From positions 1 to 40,155 of the forward strand of contig JBFGJG010000039.1 in assembly GCA_041577295.1 (NCBI GenBank): DNA of 40,155 nt, in the 5' to 3' direction. The stretch comes from Gemmatimonadales bacterium (lineage in GTDB: Bacteria > Gemmatimonadota > Gemmatimonadetes > Gemmatimonadales > GWC2-71-9). Of the stretch, positions 18,800 to 28,559 are shown piece after piece. Position 1 is the stretch's first letter, and every line of letters starts with the position of its first letter. The notes below the pieces were generated by a model. It searched no databases. It saw only the letters and a list, made by a program, of their open reading frames with translations, and was not told where the DNA came from. Position numbers and translations under genes: made by a program.

Positions 18800-19864
18800 A
18801 TGAAGACGATGACAAAGCTGGCCATCGCCACCGCGTTCCTCGCGGCGTGTGAAGGCGGGTCGACCGTTCTGCTCAATGGTGCAGGCGCGACGTTTCCAAA
18901 CCTCATCTATCAGCAGTGGATTATCACGTACAACCAAATGACAGACGGTGTGGAGCTCAACTACCAGTCGATTGGGTCGGGGGGTGGCATTCGTCAGTTC
19001 ACGGACGGCACCGTCGACTTCGCCGCGTCCGATGCTCCAATGAGTGAACAGGAACTTGCCGCGGTCAACGGCAACGTCATCCATGTCCCGACAGTGTTGG
19101 GAGCGGTAGTCCCCACCTACAACTTGGAAGGGGTCACCGAACGGGTGCGGTTCACGCCCGAGGTGCTGGCCGACATCTTCCTCGGAAAGATCACGAAGTG
19201 GAATGACGCCCGCATTGCTAGCGTCAACGCTGGGGTGAGCCTGCCCGGGACCGACATCGTCGTGGTCCACCGTTCGGACGGCTCAGGAACCACGTTCATT
19301 TGGACCGAGTATCTCTCGAAGGTCAGCGGGGAGTGGAAGAGCCGGGTGGGGACGGGGAAGTCGGTCAACTGGCCCGTTGGGTTGGGCGGCCGGGGGAATG
19401 AGGGCGTGACCGCAACCGTACGACAGACGCCCGGTGCCATCGGTTACGTCGAACTCGGGTACGCCTTGCTCAACAACCTCCCGGCGGGGCACGTACGCAA
19501 TCGAGCTGGGAACTTCATCGAGCCGACAATCGAATCCGTAACCGCCGCGGCGGCGGGGGCAATGGACGAAATGGGACCGGACACCGATTTCCGCGTGTCG
19601 CTCACGGACCCCGCGGGCGCCAATGCCTACCCCATCGCGTCCTTCACCTGGCTCTTGATCCGCCGGGAGTATGAGGACGCAGCCAAGGCGGATGCGCTAC
19701 TCGATTTCATCTGGTGGGCGCTGACCGAGGGCGACGAGAAAGCACCGGAGCTCGGGTACGCCCCGATTCCCGGTCAGCTCACCCCGTGGATCGCTGATCG
19801 TATGGAAACGATCACGGTAGCCGGGGAGTCTGTCTGGCAGCGGCCTGCCAGCGCCGTAGAGTAG
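18800..19864 (+). CDS. pstS: phosphate ABC transporter substrate-binding lipoprotein
   Basis: Lipobox FLAAC, GAGATFP, YQSIGSGGG, DFAASD, RSDGSGTT, YPIASFTW; AGAGG RBS. Confidence 0.95.
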   Translation: MKTMTKLAIATAFLAACEGGSTVLLNGAGATFPNLIYQQWIITYNQMTDGVELNYQSIGSGGGIRQFTDGTVDFAASDAPMSEQELAAVNGNVIHVPTVLGAVVPTYNLEGVTERVRFTPEVLADIFLGKITKWNDARIASVNAGVSLPGTDIVVVHRSDGSGTTFIWTEYLSKVSGEWKSRVGTGKSVNWPVGLGGRGNEGVTATVRQTPGAIGYVELGYALLNNLPAGHVRNRAGNFIEPTIESVTAAAAGAMDEMGPDTDFRVSLTDPAGANAYPIASFTWLLIRREYEDAAKADALLDFIWWALTEGDEKAPELGYAPIPGQLTPWIADRMETITVAGESVWQRPASAVE

Positions 19865-19877
19865 CACCCGTCAGCTC

Positions 19878-20843
19878 ATGGCGCAGCGAAGGCCTGAAGC
19901 GCTCATCTCCCGCGCGACAGATAGCGCGGGAGATATCATTTTCCAGGGGATCCTCACGGCGTTCGCGGCTGTCATCCCCCTCTTGCTACTGGGTCTGCTC
20001 GTCCAGCTAGCAATCAGCGCCTGGCCAACCATCGAGGCTTTCGGTCTCGAGTTTCTCGTATCGACGACGTGGGATCCTGTCGCGGATATCTACGGCGCCG
20101 CGCCGATGATCTTTGGGACTGTTTTTTCCTCGCTGCTGGCCCTGATTCTCGCCGTCCCCCTGGCACTCGGAGTCGCGATCTATCTGACCGAGTTCTCACC
20201 ACCGTGGTTGCGCACACCGATAAGCACACTGGTCGAACTGCTCGCGGCCATCCCAAGCGTGGTGTACGGCCTATGGGGCATCTTCGTGCTGATCCCGCTG
20301 CTCAGGGCGTACGTCGTGCCGCCGCTCCAGGCCACACTGGGCTGGACACCGTTCTTCAGCGGGACGTTTCAGGGCAACTCCATGATTGCGGCGGCTATCA
20401 TCCTCGCCATCATGATTCTGCCCTACATCAGCTCGGTTTCGCGCGAAGTATTGCTCGCCGTGCCAAACTCGCAACGGGAGGCCGCGCTGGCACTCGGTGC
20501 GACTCGCTGGGAAGCGGTCTGGACCGCGGTGCTCCCGTACGGGAAAGCAGGAATCGTTGGAGCCGTGGTCTTGGGTCTGGGCCGAGCGCTCGGCGAGACG
20601 ATGGCGGTTACGATGGTGATCGGCAACCGTCACGACCTGAGCCTCTCCGTGCTCGAGCCCGGTTACACCATGGCCGCGACGCTTGCGAACGAGTTTCAGG
20701 AGCTGAGCAGCGCGTTTCACCGCGCCGCGCTGTTTGAGATCGGACTGCTCCTGTTCGTGGTCACCATTCTCGTGAACGCCGCGGCGCGACTGCTGGTGTG
20801 GCGGGTGGCACGTGGAAGCTCGGCTGGAAGCCGCGCGCTGTGA
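19878..20843 (+). CDS. pstC: phosphate ABC transporter permease
   Basis: [38 protein letters not shown]. Confidence 0.95.
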   Translation: MAQRRPEALISRATDSAGDIIFQGILTAFAAVIPLLLLGLLVQLAISAWPTIEAFGLEFLVSTTWDPVADIYGAAPMIFGTVFSSLLALILAVPLALGVAIYLTEFSPPWLRTPISTLVELLAAIPSVVYGLWGIFVLIPLLRAYVVPPLQATLGWTPFFSGTFQGNSMIAAAIILAIMILPYISSVSREVLLAVPNSQREAALALGATRWEAVWTAVLPYGKAGIVGAVVLGLGRALGETMAVTMVIGNRHDLSLSVLEPGYTMAATLANEFQELSSAFHRAALFEIGLLLFVVTILVNAAARLLVWRVARGSSAGSRAL

Positions 20844-21682
20844 TCTCTCGACGGGCACGACGCCGCGCCATCAGCCGCGTAATGACAGGGGCGACGATTC
20901 TCGCCGCTCTGCTGGCCGTCTTGCCGCTGTTCCTGATATTCGCGGACTTGGTGATCAAAGGGATTTCGAGCATCAACGTGGACTTTTTGGTCAAGACCCC
21001 TGCACCACCTGGTGTGGCTGGTGGCGGAGTCGCCAACGCGATCGTTGGAACGATGATCATCGTGGGTCTCGGAAGCGTTATCGGCTTGCCGATAGGCATC
21101 GGCGCCGGCGTCTATCTTGCCGAGTATGGATCGAGTGCGGCGGGAAACACCGTTCGATTCGTGGCGGACGTGCTGAACGGCACACCATCCATCGTCGTAG
21201 GAATCTTCGTGTGGACCTGGATGGTCCGGCCGTTGGGCACGTTCTCGGCCCTCGCCGGGGGCGTGGCGCTGGCGGTCTTGACCGTGCCCATGGTCACACG
21301 CACGACCGAGGAGATGGTGCGGCTCGTGCCGAACTCCTTGCGCGAGGCCGCGCTTGCGCTGGGCTACACCCGCTGGCGCACGTCGCTCACGATCGTGATT
21401 CGCACCGCCTGGCCGGGAATCATGACGGGTGCGCTCGTGGCGGTGGCGCGGATCACTGGTGAGACTGCGCCGCTGCTGTTCACGACGCTCGGCAATTTGA
21501 ACTTCAAAACCAACATCTTGCAGCCGATGCAGACGCTATCGCTCCAGATCTACTTTTACGCCATCGGCCCGTTTCCCGAGTGGCATCGCCTCGCATGGGG
21601 TTCTGCCTTGGTTCTGATGGCGCTCGTGCTCATCTTCGGCGTCGCAGCTCGCTATGTCACACGGTCCCGCTATGGTCGCTGA
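20840..21682 (+). CDS. pstA: phosphate ABC transporter permease
   Basis: [36 protein letters not shown] overlapping pstC stop. Confidence 0.95.
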   Translation: MISRRARRRAISRVMTGATILAALLAVLPLFLIFADLVIKGISSINVDFLVKTPAPPGVAGGGVANAIVGTMIIVGLGSVIGLPIGIGAGVYLAEYGSSAAGNTVRFVADVLNGTPSIVVGIFVWTWMVRPLGTFSALAGGVALAVLTVPMVTRTTEEMVRLVPNSLREAALALGYTRWRTSLTIVIRTAWPGIMTGALVAVARITGETAPLLFTTLGNLNFKTNILQPMQTLSLQIYFYAIGPFPEWHRLAWGSALVLMALVLIFGVAARYVTRSRYGR

Positions 21683-22445
21683 ACAAACCGAGATCCATCT
21701 GCGAACCAACGGCCTTTCGGCCTACTTCTTTGGCAAGCCGGCTGTGCGGGAAGCCTCTGTGGGTTTTGCGAAGCACACCGTAACGGCAATCATCGGCCCA
21801 TCAGGTTGCGGTAAGAGCACGTTCCTCCGTTGCCTCAACCGGATGCACGAGATGGTACCCGGAGCATCGGTTGATGGGCAGGTCATGCTCGATACCCAAG
21901 ACATCTATGCGCCTGAGGTGAACCCCATTCAGCTCCGCAAGCGGGTCGGGATGGTTTTTCAACGCCCGACGCCGTTCTCGACTATGTCGATCGCTGACAA
22001 TGTTGCCGCGGGGCTCAAAGTCAACGGCAAGGTAACTGGTGCCGATCGGCAAGCGGTCATCGAGCGGGCGCTGCGCGGCGCGGCTCTATGGGACGAAGTC
22101 AAGGACCGGCTCGATGCAAGCCCGCTGGCGCTATCCGGGGGACAACAACAACGCCTGTGCATCGCCCGCGCCATCGCCCCGCGGCCTGAGGTGATTCTCC
22201 TCGACGAACCTACGTCGGCGCTGGACCCGATCAGCACACAGCACATTGAGGATCTGGTGCATGAACTGAAAAGCGAGTACACCGTGGTCATCGTCACGCA
22301 TAACATGCAGCAGGCCGCACGCGTCTCCGATACCACCGCGTTCTTCTATATGGGTGAGCTGATCGAATCCGGGCCCACGGAGCAGATTTTCACGCGGCCC
22401 AGACAAGAGCGTACGGAAGCCTACATCACGGGTCGGTTTGGATGA
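21672..22445 (+). CDS. pstB: phosphate ABC transporter ATPase (copy 1)
   Basis: [40 protein letters not shown]. Confidence 0.95.
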   Translation: MVAEQTEIHLRTNGLSAYFFGKPAVREASVGFAKHTVTAIIGPSGCGKSTFLRCLNRMHEMVPGASVDGQVMLDTQDIYAPEVNPIQLRKRVGMVFQRPTPFSTMSIADNVAAGLKVNGKVTGADRQAVIERALRGAALWDEVKDRLDASPLALSGGQQQRLCIARAIAPRPEVILLDEPTSALDPISTQHIEDLVHELKSEYTVVIVTHNMQQAARVSDTTAFFYMGELIESGPTEQIFTRPRQERTEAYITGRFG

Positions 22446-23260
22446 GTGCCGCGCCTCGCCCCGAAGTCGTCGACGGCGACGATGACCTGGTCCCGGTTGA
22501 CCAGATCAAACCGGAGATCGATATCCGGACCTTCAGCTTCTGGTACGGCGCCAAACAGGCACTGCGCGATATCTCACTCAAGATCCCCCCGCGCCGAATC
22601 ACGGCCTTCATTGGGCCCTCGGGTTGTGGAAAGAGTACCTTGCTGCGGTCGATCAACCGGCTGAACGAGCTGATCCCCGGCGTTCGTCACGACGGGACCA
22701 TTCATTTCGGGACTCAATCCGTGTATGGGTCGCACACAGACATCGTGGAGCTTCGGCGCCGCATCGGTATGGTCTTTCAACACCCCAATCCGTTTCCCAA
22801 GTCGATATTCGACAACGTCGCGTACGGTCCCAAGCGCAACGGCCTCTGCGCGCCGAGTGAGTTGCCGCCCCGCGTCGAACGAGCGCTCAAGCAGGCCGCG
22901 CTGTGGGAGGAGGTGCGCGACCGGCTCGACGACCCTGGCACATCGCTCTCGGGCGGACAGCAACAGCGTCTGTGCATCGCCCGCGCGTTGGCGAACGAGT
23001 CCGAGGTCCTCCTCCTGGATGAACCGGCGTCCGCTCTCGATCCCATCGCCACGCAGCGAATCGAGGAGCTATTGATTGAGTTGAAGCGGGAGTACACAAT
23101 CGTCATTGTGACGCATAACCTCCAGGAAGCTGCACGGATCGCAGACTACACCGCGTTCTTTTACCTTGGGGAGTTGGTGGAATACAATCGCTCCGATGAG
23201 CTCTTCACGCGGCCGCGCGAGGAACGCACCGAGGCGTACGTCACCGGGAGATTCGGATGA
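22442..23260 (+). CDS. pstB: phosphate ABC transporter ATPase (copy 2)
   Basis: [35 protein letters not shown]. Confidence 0.95.
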   Translation: MSAAPRPEVVDGDDDLVPVDQIKPEIDIRTFSFWYGAKQALRDISLKIPPRRITAFIGPSGCGKSTLLRSINRLNELIPGVRHDGTIHFGTQSVYGSHTDIVELRRRIGMVFQHPNPFPKSIFDNVAYGPKRNGLCAPSELPPRVERALKQAALWEEVRDRLDDPGTSLSGGQQQRLCIARALANESEVLLLDEPASALDPIATQRIEELLIELKREYTIVIVTHNLQEAARIADYTAFFYLGELVEYNRSDELFTRPREERTEAYVTGRFG

Positions 23261-23940
23261 GCGGCGCACCTCATCGCCATTTTCACGACGAGCTAGCCCA
23301 GCTGAAGGACCGGCTGCTCCACATGTCAAGCCGCGTCGAGGCTGCGGTCGCCCAGGCCGTGCAGGCGCTGCTCGACAGGGATGCCGATGCCGCGGAGGAC
23401 ATCATCAATACGGACCGTGAGATTGATAATCTCGAGCTCGATATTGAGAATCGAGTAACACAGTTGCTGGCCCTGCAACAACCGATGGCCAAGGATCTCC
23501 GCCTCTTGCTGGCAAGCCTCAAGATCTCCAATGACCTGGAACGCATGGGTGACCATGCCGTCAACATCGCCCAAAGCGCGCAGCGGCTCATCGACTTCAG
23601 CCCCATTGCGCCAGCGCCTGAGCTGATCGATATGGCTCGGAGCGCCCGAGAGATGCTGTCGCTGGCACTGAGCGCGTTCATCAAGGGCGACCCGGCAGCG
23701 GCCCGCGCGGTGTGCATGCGAGACGATCACGTCGATGCCCTACACCGTTCGCTCTTCAGGATCCTGCTGACCCACATGGCCGAAGACCCACGAACGATCT
23801 CCGCAGCGATGGAGCTTTCGCTCGTCAGCCGAAACCTCGAGCGGATCGCGGACTTGGCGACGAATATCGGGGAGGACGTAGTGTTCCTGGTCGAAGGGAC
23901 CACCATCAAACATCACGCCGAGGAGGCGCAAGCGGGCTAG
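23257..23940 (+). CDS. phoU: phosphate signalling protein PhoU
   Basis: [36 protein letters not shown]. Confidence 0.95.
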   Translation: MSGAPHRHFHDELAQLKDRLLHMSSRVEAAVAQAVQALLDRDADAAEDIINTDREIDNLELDIENRVTQLLALQQPMAKDLRLLLASLKISNDLERMGDHAVNIAQSAQRLIDFSPIAPAPELIDMARSAREMLSLALSAFIKGDPAAARAVCMRDDHVDALHRSLFRILLTHMAEDPRTISAAMELSLVSRNLERIADLATNIGEDVVFLVEGTTIKHHAEEAQAG

Positions 23941-24917
23941 TACCCCCCGCAGTCTCCGACACGACAGACCGTCTCGTGTCGCTCGGGAGCTGCCAGCAGC
24001 TCCGCCAGCGGGAGCGGTCCCGACCCCATACAAGCGACGAATTTGACGCCGCTCGAGGTGCCAATCCGATTGGCACCGGCTGCGATCATCTGCAGCGCAG
24101 CCGCGCAATCACGAATGCCTCCGGCGGCCTTCACGCCGAAAGCATCACCGACTGCCAACCGCATCAGCGCGACGGCCTCACGGGTCGCACCGCCCGATGA
24201 GTGAAATCCCGTCGATGTTTTCACAAAGTGTGCGCCGGCCTCCATGGCGATCGCGGACGCTTTCACGATCTGCAGCGGCTCGAGCGTCGCCGTCTCGAGG
24301 ATCACCTTGACGGTGCGCGCCTTGGCGGCATCAACGACTGCTCGAATGTCGTCTTCGACGTAGTCCCAGTCGCCGTCGAGGATGTGCCCGACCGCCGCCA
24401 CCATGTCCAGTTCGTCCGCCCCCTGCTCCACCAGATGCCGTGCCTCGGCCGCCTTGGATGCAGACGTCGTCGCACCAAGTGGAAATCCGACGACCGTCGC
24501 AGTCTTCACACCCGAGCCAGCGAGCCTTTGACGACACAGCGACACCCATGCTCCGTTCACACATACTGCGGCGAACTGGTGCTCCGCCGCCTCGTCACAG
24601 AGTTGCTCGATCTCCCGTCGGGTGGTCTCGGCCTTGAGAAGCGTGTGATCCACGAAGTCCGCGACCCGCGCCGACGATCGAACAGGCGGGGCTTCCGGCG
24701 GGGACTTAGGAGCATGTGGCGGCTTCGTGGCCACGGCTGCGCTACCGGTCCGCCCACTTCGTGCCACTACCGGCATCCGCCAGCTCACGTCGGGCACCTC
24801 CCAGCGTCCGGCCGGTCGTGCGCCCCTCGTTGCACGGCGCCCCCCACTGCCGCCGGACCTTTCACGCAGCTCGTTTACCACGAGATCCGCTATTTGATCC
24901 AACTCACCACGTTGCAT
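23937..24917 (-). CDS. deoC: deoxyribose-phosphate aldolase with about 85-aa N-terminal extension
   Basis: DHTLLK, AVCV, VGFPLG, DMV, KVILE, FVKTSTG, VKAAGGIR, RIGTS; AGGAGG RBS supports ATG 24917. Confidence 0.92.
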   Translation of the reverse strand: MQRGELDQIADLVVNELRERSGGSGGRRATRGARPAGRWEVPDVSWRMPVVARSGRTGSAAVATKPPHAPKSPPEAPPVRSSARVADFVDHTLLKAETTRREIEQLCDEAAEHQFAAVCVNGAWVSLCRQRLAGSGVKTATVVGFPLGATTSASKAAEARHLVEQGADELDMVAAVGHILDGDWDYVEDDIRAVVDAAKARTVKVILETATLEPLQIVKASAIAMEAGAHFVKTSTGFHSSGGATREAVALMRLAVGDAFGVKAAGGIRDCAAALQMIAAGANRIGTSSGVKFVACMGSGPLPLAELLAAPERHETVCRVGDCGGY

Positions 24918-24958
24918 CGAAGACCTCCTGAATCGGCGGGATCAGCCGAATGCGCAGC

Positions 24959-24992
24959 ACTCCCTACTCCCTACTCCCTACTCCCTACTCCC
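24959..24992. repeat. heptamer tandem repeat (ACTCCCT) x4.9, reading GGGAGTA on the coding strand
   Basis: actccct actccct actccct actccct actccc, spanning the eutN stop codon. Confidence 0.95.
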
Positions 24993-25264
24993 GGCTCTGT
25001 ATTTACGGACTCGACAATACCCACGACAACCGCCTGCACCGGGATCTTTGCATCATTGAAGATCTTTCGCGCCGAGCTTCCTTCCTGTACGACTAGCACT
25101 TTGTCTCCCACCCCCGCATCGACGACGTCCAGCGCGATCACTTCGACGGAACCGTCGTGTTCACCCTCGAGGTTCAGTCGTCGCACCAGCAATAGCTTCT
25201 TGCCGTCGAGCCGGTCGTTCTTGTGCGTCGAAACGACGTTACCAACCACGCGGGCGATGTACAT
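24971..25264 (-). CDS. EutN/CcmL family microcompartment vertex protein (BMC-P)
   Basis: MYIARVVGNVVSTHK..L.GKKLLLV...IALDVVDAGVGDKVL...GSSAR...VVGIVE. Confidence 0.92.
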   Translation of the reverse strand: MYIARVVGNVVSTHKNDRLDGKKLLLVRRLNLEGEHDGSVEVIALDVVDAGVGDKVLVVQEGSSARKIFNDAKIPVQAVVVGIVESVNTEPGVGSRE

Positions 25265-25269
25265 AGCGT

Positions 25270-25551
25270 TCAATCCCTCTTGTCGTCGCTGAGATTGATT
25301 CGGTCCACCTTCCCGACGATTCCGGCATCCACGGCTGCAAACGTCTCCCACAAGGTGAGTGATGCTTCACGCGCCGTGATGTAGTAACACAGTTCGCCGG
25401 TGCCGAGCCCGATTGGGTCTACCGCCACCACCGGTTTGCCGCGGTCTTTGCCCGCCGCATCCACCGGCTGAATCCACTGGAGCGTCTGCCCCGCTAAGGT
25501 GTCTTGCTTCACCGTGGCTACGACGCGCCCCACGACCCGTGCGAGAAACAT
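25270..25551 (-). CDS. EutN/CcmL family microcompartment vertex protein (BMC-P)
   Basis: MFLARVVGRVVATVK..L.G...VAVDPIGLGTGE...REA...VDAGIVGKVD; GGAGG RBS. Confidence 0.9.
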   Translation of the reverse strand: MFLARVVGRVVATVKQDTLAGQTLQWIQPVDAAGKDRGKPVVAVDPIGLGTGELCYYITAREASLTLWETFAAVDAGIVGKVDRINLSDDKRD

Positions 25552-25561
25552 GGACCTCCCT

Positions 25562-26350
25562 CTACCAGGGGTCCCGATACCGGGGCCAGCTGTGACGCGC
25601 CCGCTCCGTGCGGACGTGGCGGCGATGGGCCTCGACGAGCACCGATTTCGCGAACAGCTTGATCAACGCTGCGCCGGCCACAAACCCGCCGAGATGAGCC
25701 ATGAACGCCACACCCCCTCCTTCTCCGGCGCCCGACAGCATCGGTACACTCCCGATCGCCTGCAAGAGTACCCAGTACAGCAACATGAGATACGCGGGCA
25801 CGGCCACGGTCGTCACGAAGAAACCCAAGAAAACGAGCATGTGAACCCGTACGCGCGGATAGAGCACGAGATAGCCACCCATGACACCGCTGATCGCCCC
25901 CGACGCCCCCACCATTGGGACCGGAGAATCCGGCTGAATGATGATCTGAGCGCCCGCCGCAAGCACCCCGGTGAGCAGGTAGAAAATGGCAAACCTTCCG
26001 TGGCCCATCGAGTCCTCGACGTTGTCGCCGAAGACCCAGAGGAACCACATGTTGCCAATGATGTGAAACCAACTGCCGTGAAGGAAGATCGATGACAGCA
26101 CCGTGTGCCAGTTGCCACTCTCGCCCCCCACGCGACAGCCCAGCCCCGGGCCCATCGGTAGAACGATTTCGTTGGGGAGACGGCCCAGCAACTCCCCTGG
26201 AATGGCTCCAAACTCACACACCGAAGACACCAGCGCCGCTTGCCCACCCGCACCCTGAACGAAGAGCCAGACGGCCGCAGTCACACCGATGATCGCGTAC
26301 GTAACAAAGGGCGTGCGTAGGCTTGGGTTGTCATCTCGGTACGGGAACAT
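25562..26350 (-). CDS. rhomboid-family intramembrane serine protease
   Basis: MFPYRDDNP, FLHGSWFHIIGNMWFL.VFGDNVED, GASGAI, VAFMAHLGGF. Confidence 0.92.
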   Translation of the reverse strand: MFPYRDDNPSLRTPFVTYAIIGVTAAVWLFVQGAGGQAALVSSVCEFGAIPGELLGRLPNEIVLPMGPGLGCRVGGESGNWHTVLSSIFLHGSWFHIIGNMWFLWVFGDNVEDSMGHGRFAIFYLLTGVLAAGAQIIIQPDSPVPMVGASGAISGVMGGYLVLYPRVRVHMLVFLGFFVTTVAVPAYLMLLYWVLLQAIGSVPMLSGAGEGGGVAFMAHLGGFVAGAALIKLFAKSVLVEAHRRHVRTERARHSWPRYRDPW

Positions 26351-26434
26351 GGCTGGGAAGCTAGGGCTGGCCTAAGTTCAAGTCAATTCGGCAAATAGCT
26401 GACACACCACCCGGGGGGCTTTCGCCCGGTTTTC

Positions 26435-26470
26435 TGCCATTTTGGCGCAGATTTGCGGTATGTGGCTTGC
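26435..26470 (+). promoter_or_regulatory. putative sigma-54 (-24/-12) promoter of dnaK with adjacent dyad
   Basis: cGGTATGTGGCTTGC (GG 26457-58, GC 26469-70, 10-nt spacing) and TGCCA-ttt-TGGCG at 26435-26447. Confidence 0.45.
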
Positions 26471-26525
26471 GACTGCAACCTGTTTGGATCCTTGTGCATC
26501 ACAATCTTTTGTAAGGAGACCTGGA

Positions 26526-28448
26526 ATGGCAGAGAAAGTCATTGGGATCGACCTCGGCACGACCAACTCCGTGGTTTCAGTGATGGAGGGGGGCGATCCG
26601 GTGGTCATCCCAAATTCCGAGGGCGGCCGGACGACACCGTCCGTCGTTGCCTTTACCAAAGACGGGGAGCGGTTGGTGGGCCAGGTCGCCAAGCGGCAGG
26701 CCGTCACGAACCCCCGCAACACGGTCTTCTCCATCAAGCGGTTCATGGGCCGCCGCATGGAGGAGGTCAAGATCGAGACCGCCCGGGTGCCATACAAGGT
26801 GCAGGCTGGTCAGAACAACCTGGCCTCGGTCGAGATTCAGGGAAAGATGTATACGCCGCCTGAGATCTCCGCCATGATCCTTCAAAAGATGCGGCAGACC
26901 GCCGAGGACTACCTCGGCCACAAGGTCAATCGTGCCGTGGTCACGGTCCCTGCGTACTTCAATGATGCCCAACGCCAGGCAACGAAAGACGCCGGCAAGA
27001 TCGCCGGTCTCGAGGTCTTACGCATCATCAATGAGCCCACGGCAGCGGCCCTGGCATACGGGCTCGACAAGAAGAAGGAAGAGAAGATCGCAGTCTTCGA
27101 CCTGGGCGGCGGTACATACGATATCTCCATCCTCGAGCTCGCCGAGGGCGTGTTTGAGGTCAAGGCAACCAACGGGGATACCCACCTCGGTGGTGACGAC
27201 TTTGACGAGCGGGTCATCCAGTGGCTCGTCGGCGAGTTCAAGAAAGACCAGGGAATCGACCTCTCGAAAGACGCGATGGCCCTTCAGCGCCTCAAAGAAG
27301 CCGCCGAAAAAGCCAAGATGGAGCTCAGCTCCACCGCACAGACCGAGATCAATCTGCCCTTCATCACGGCGGACCAATCGGGGCCCAAGCACCTGAACCT
27401 CAGCCTGACACGGGCAAAGTTCGAGCAGCTCGTGGACGATCTCATTCAGCGGACGATTCCACCCATGGAGCAGGCGCTGAAGGACGCCGGGCTCAAGACC
27501 TCGGAGATCGACGAAGTCATCCTGGTGGGTGGATCGACACGGATCCCGAAGGTGCAGGAGATCGTCAAGACCTTCTTCGAGAAAGAGCCACACAAGGGTG
27601 TAAACCCTGACGAAGTCGTCGCGATCGGTGCGGCCATTCAGGGTGGAGTGCTCGCCGGAGAGGTCAAAGACGTGTTGCTGCTAGACGTGACTCCACTCTC
27701 ACTTGGCATCGAGACGTTGGGTGGCGTCACCACGGTTCTCATCCCGCGGAACACGACGATTCCCACCAAGAAGTCCGAGGTGTTCTCCACGGCGGAGGAC
27801 AACCAGACGACGGTGGAGATCCATGTGCTGCAGGGTGAACGGCAGATGGCCGTCGACAACCGAACGATCGGCCGATTCCAGCTGACCGGCATTCCACCGG
27901 CGCCTCGCGGTATGCCTCAAGTCGAAGTCACGTTCGACATCGACGCCAACGGCATTCTGCACGTGTCCGCCAAGGACAAGGCAACTGCCAAGGAGCAGAA
28001 GATCCGCATCGAAGCCTCGAGCGGGCTCTCCGACAACGAGATCGAGCGGATGGTCAAGGAAGCCGAGCAGCACGCCGGCGAGGACAAAGACCGGCGAGAA
28101 AAAATCGAAGCGCGCAACCGTCTGGACTCGATGGTCTACTCGGTGGAAAAGGACGTCAAGGACTGGGGAGACCGGCTGGAGACGTCGCACAAGGACCGGC
28201 TCAACGCGGCGCTCGAAGATTCCAAGAAGGCGCTCCGCTCCGGGGACCATGAGGAGATCAGCAAAGCGCTCGAGGAGCTGTCGCAAGCCTTCTCGGCGGC
28301 TGGGGCATCGCTGTATCAGGCCACCCAGGCGGAGACCGCCGGCGCCAGCGCCGGCGCCAGCGCCGAGGAGGGCGCCGCCGCCGAACCAGCTGGCGCACCG
28401 GAAGACGTCGTCGAAGCCGACTACGAGATTGTGGACGACTCGAAATAG
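26526..28448 (+). CDS. dnaK: Hsp70 chaperone DnaK
   Basis: [52 protein letters not shown]. Confidence 0.98.
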   Translation: MAEKVIGIDLGTTNSVVSVMEGGDPVVIPNSEGGRTTPSVVAFTKDGERLVGQVAKRQAVTNPRNTVFSIKRFMGRRMEEVKIETARVPYKVQAGQNNLASVEIQGKMYTPPEISAMILQKMRQTAEDYLGHKVNRAVVTVPAYFNDAQRQATKDAGKIAGLEVLRIINEPTAAALAYGLDKKKEEKIAVFDLGGGTYDISILELAEGVFEVKATNGDTHLGGDDFDERVIQWLVGEFKKDQGIDLSKDAMALQRLKEAAEKAKMELSSTAQTEINLPFITADQSGPKHLNLSLTRAKFEQLVDDLIQRTIPPMEQALKDAGLKTSEIDEVILVGGSTRIPKVQEIVKTFFEKEPHKGVNPDEVVAIGAAIQGGVLAGEVKDVLLLDVTPLSLGIETLGGVTTVLIPRNTTIPTKKSEVFSTAEDNQTTVEIHVLQGERQMAVDNRTIGRFQLTGIPPAPRGMPQVEVTFDIDANGILHVSAKDKATAKEQKIRIEASSGLSDNEIERMVKEAEQHAGEDKDRREKIEARNRLDSMVYSVEKDVKDWGDRLETSHKDRLNAALEDSKKALRSGDHEEISKALEELSQAFSAAGASLYQATQAETAGASAGASAEEGAAAEPAGAPEDVVEADYEIVDDSK

Positions 28449-28461
28449 CGACCGACGCCCG

Positions 28462-28494
28462 AACCGGGGTTGAGGAAACCCCAACCCCGGTTTT
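28462..28494 (+). terminator. putative intrinsic terminator after dnaK
   Basis: AACCGGGGTTG-aggaaaccc-CAACCCCGGTT followed by a short T run. Confidence 0.6.
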
Positions 28495-28559
28495 GGGTTA
28501 CTTTACGATGAGATTGCAATAGAACGCAGTTCAGCTCACCGAAATGGAGTTTGGAGTCT

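Noticed and set aside
21672..23260. Tandem pstB duplication as a novelty
   Set aside because: Two pstB paralogs are a known pst operon arrangement; both have intact motifs.
28338..28364. GCCGGCGCCAGC 12-bp duplication in dnaK
   Set aside because: Encodes the low-complexity AGASAGASA tail, ordinary for DnaK.
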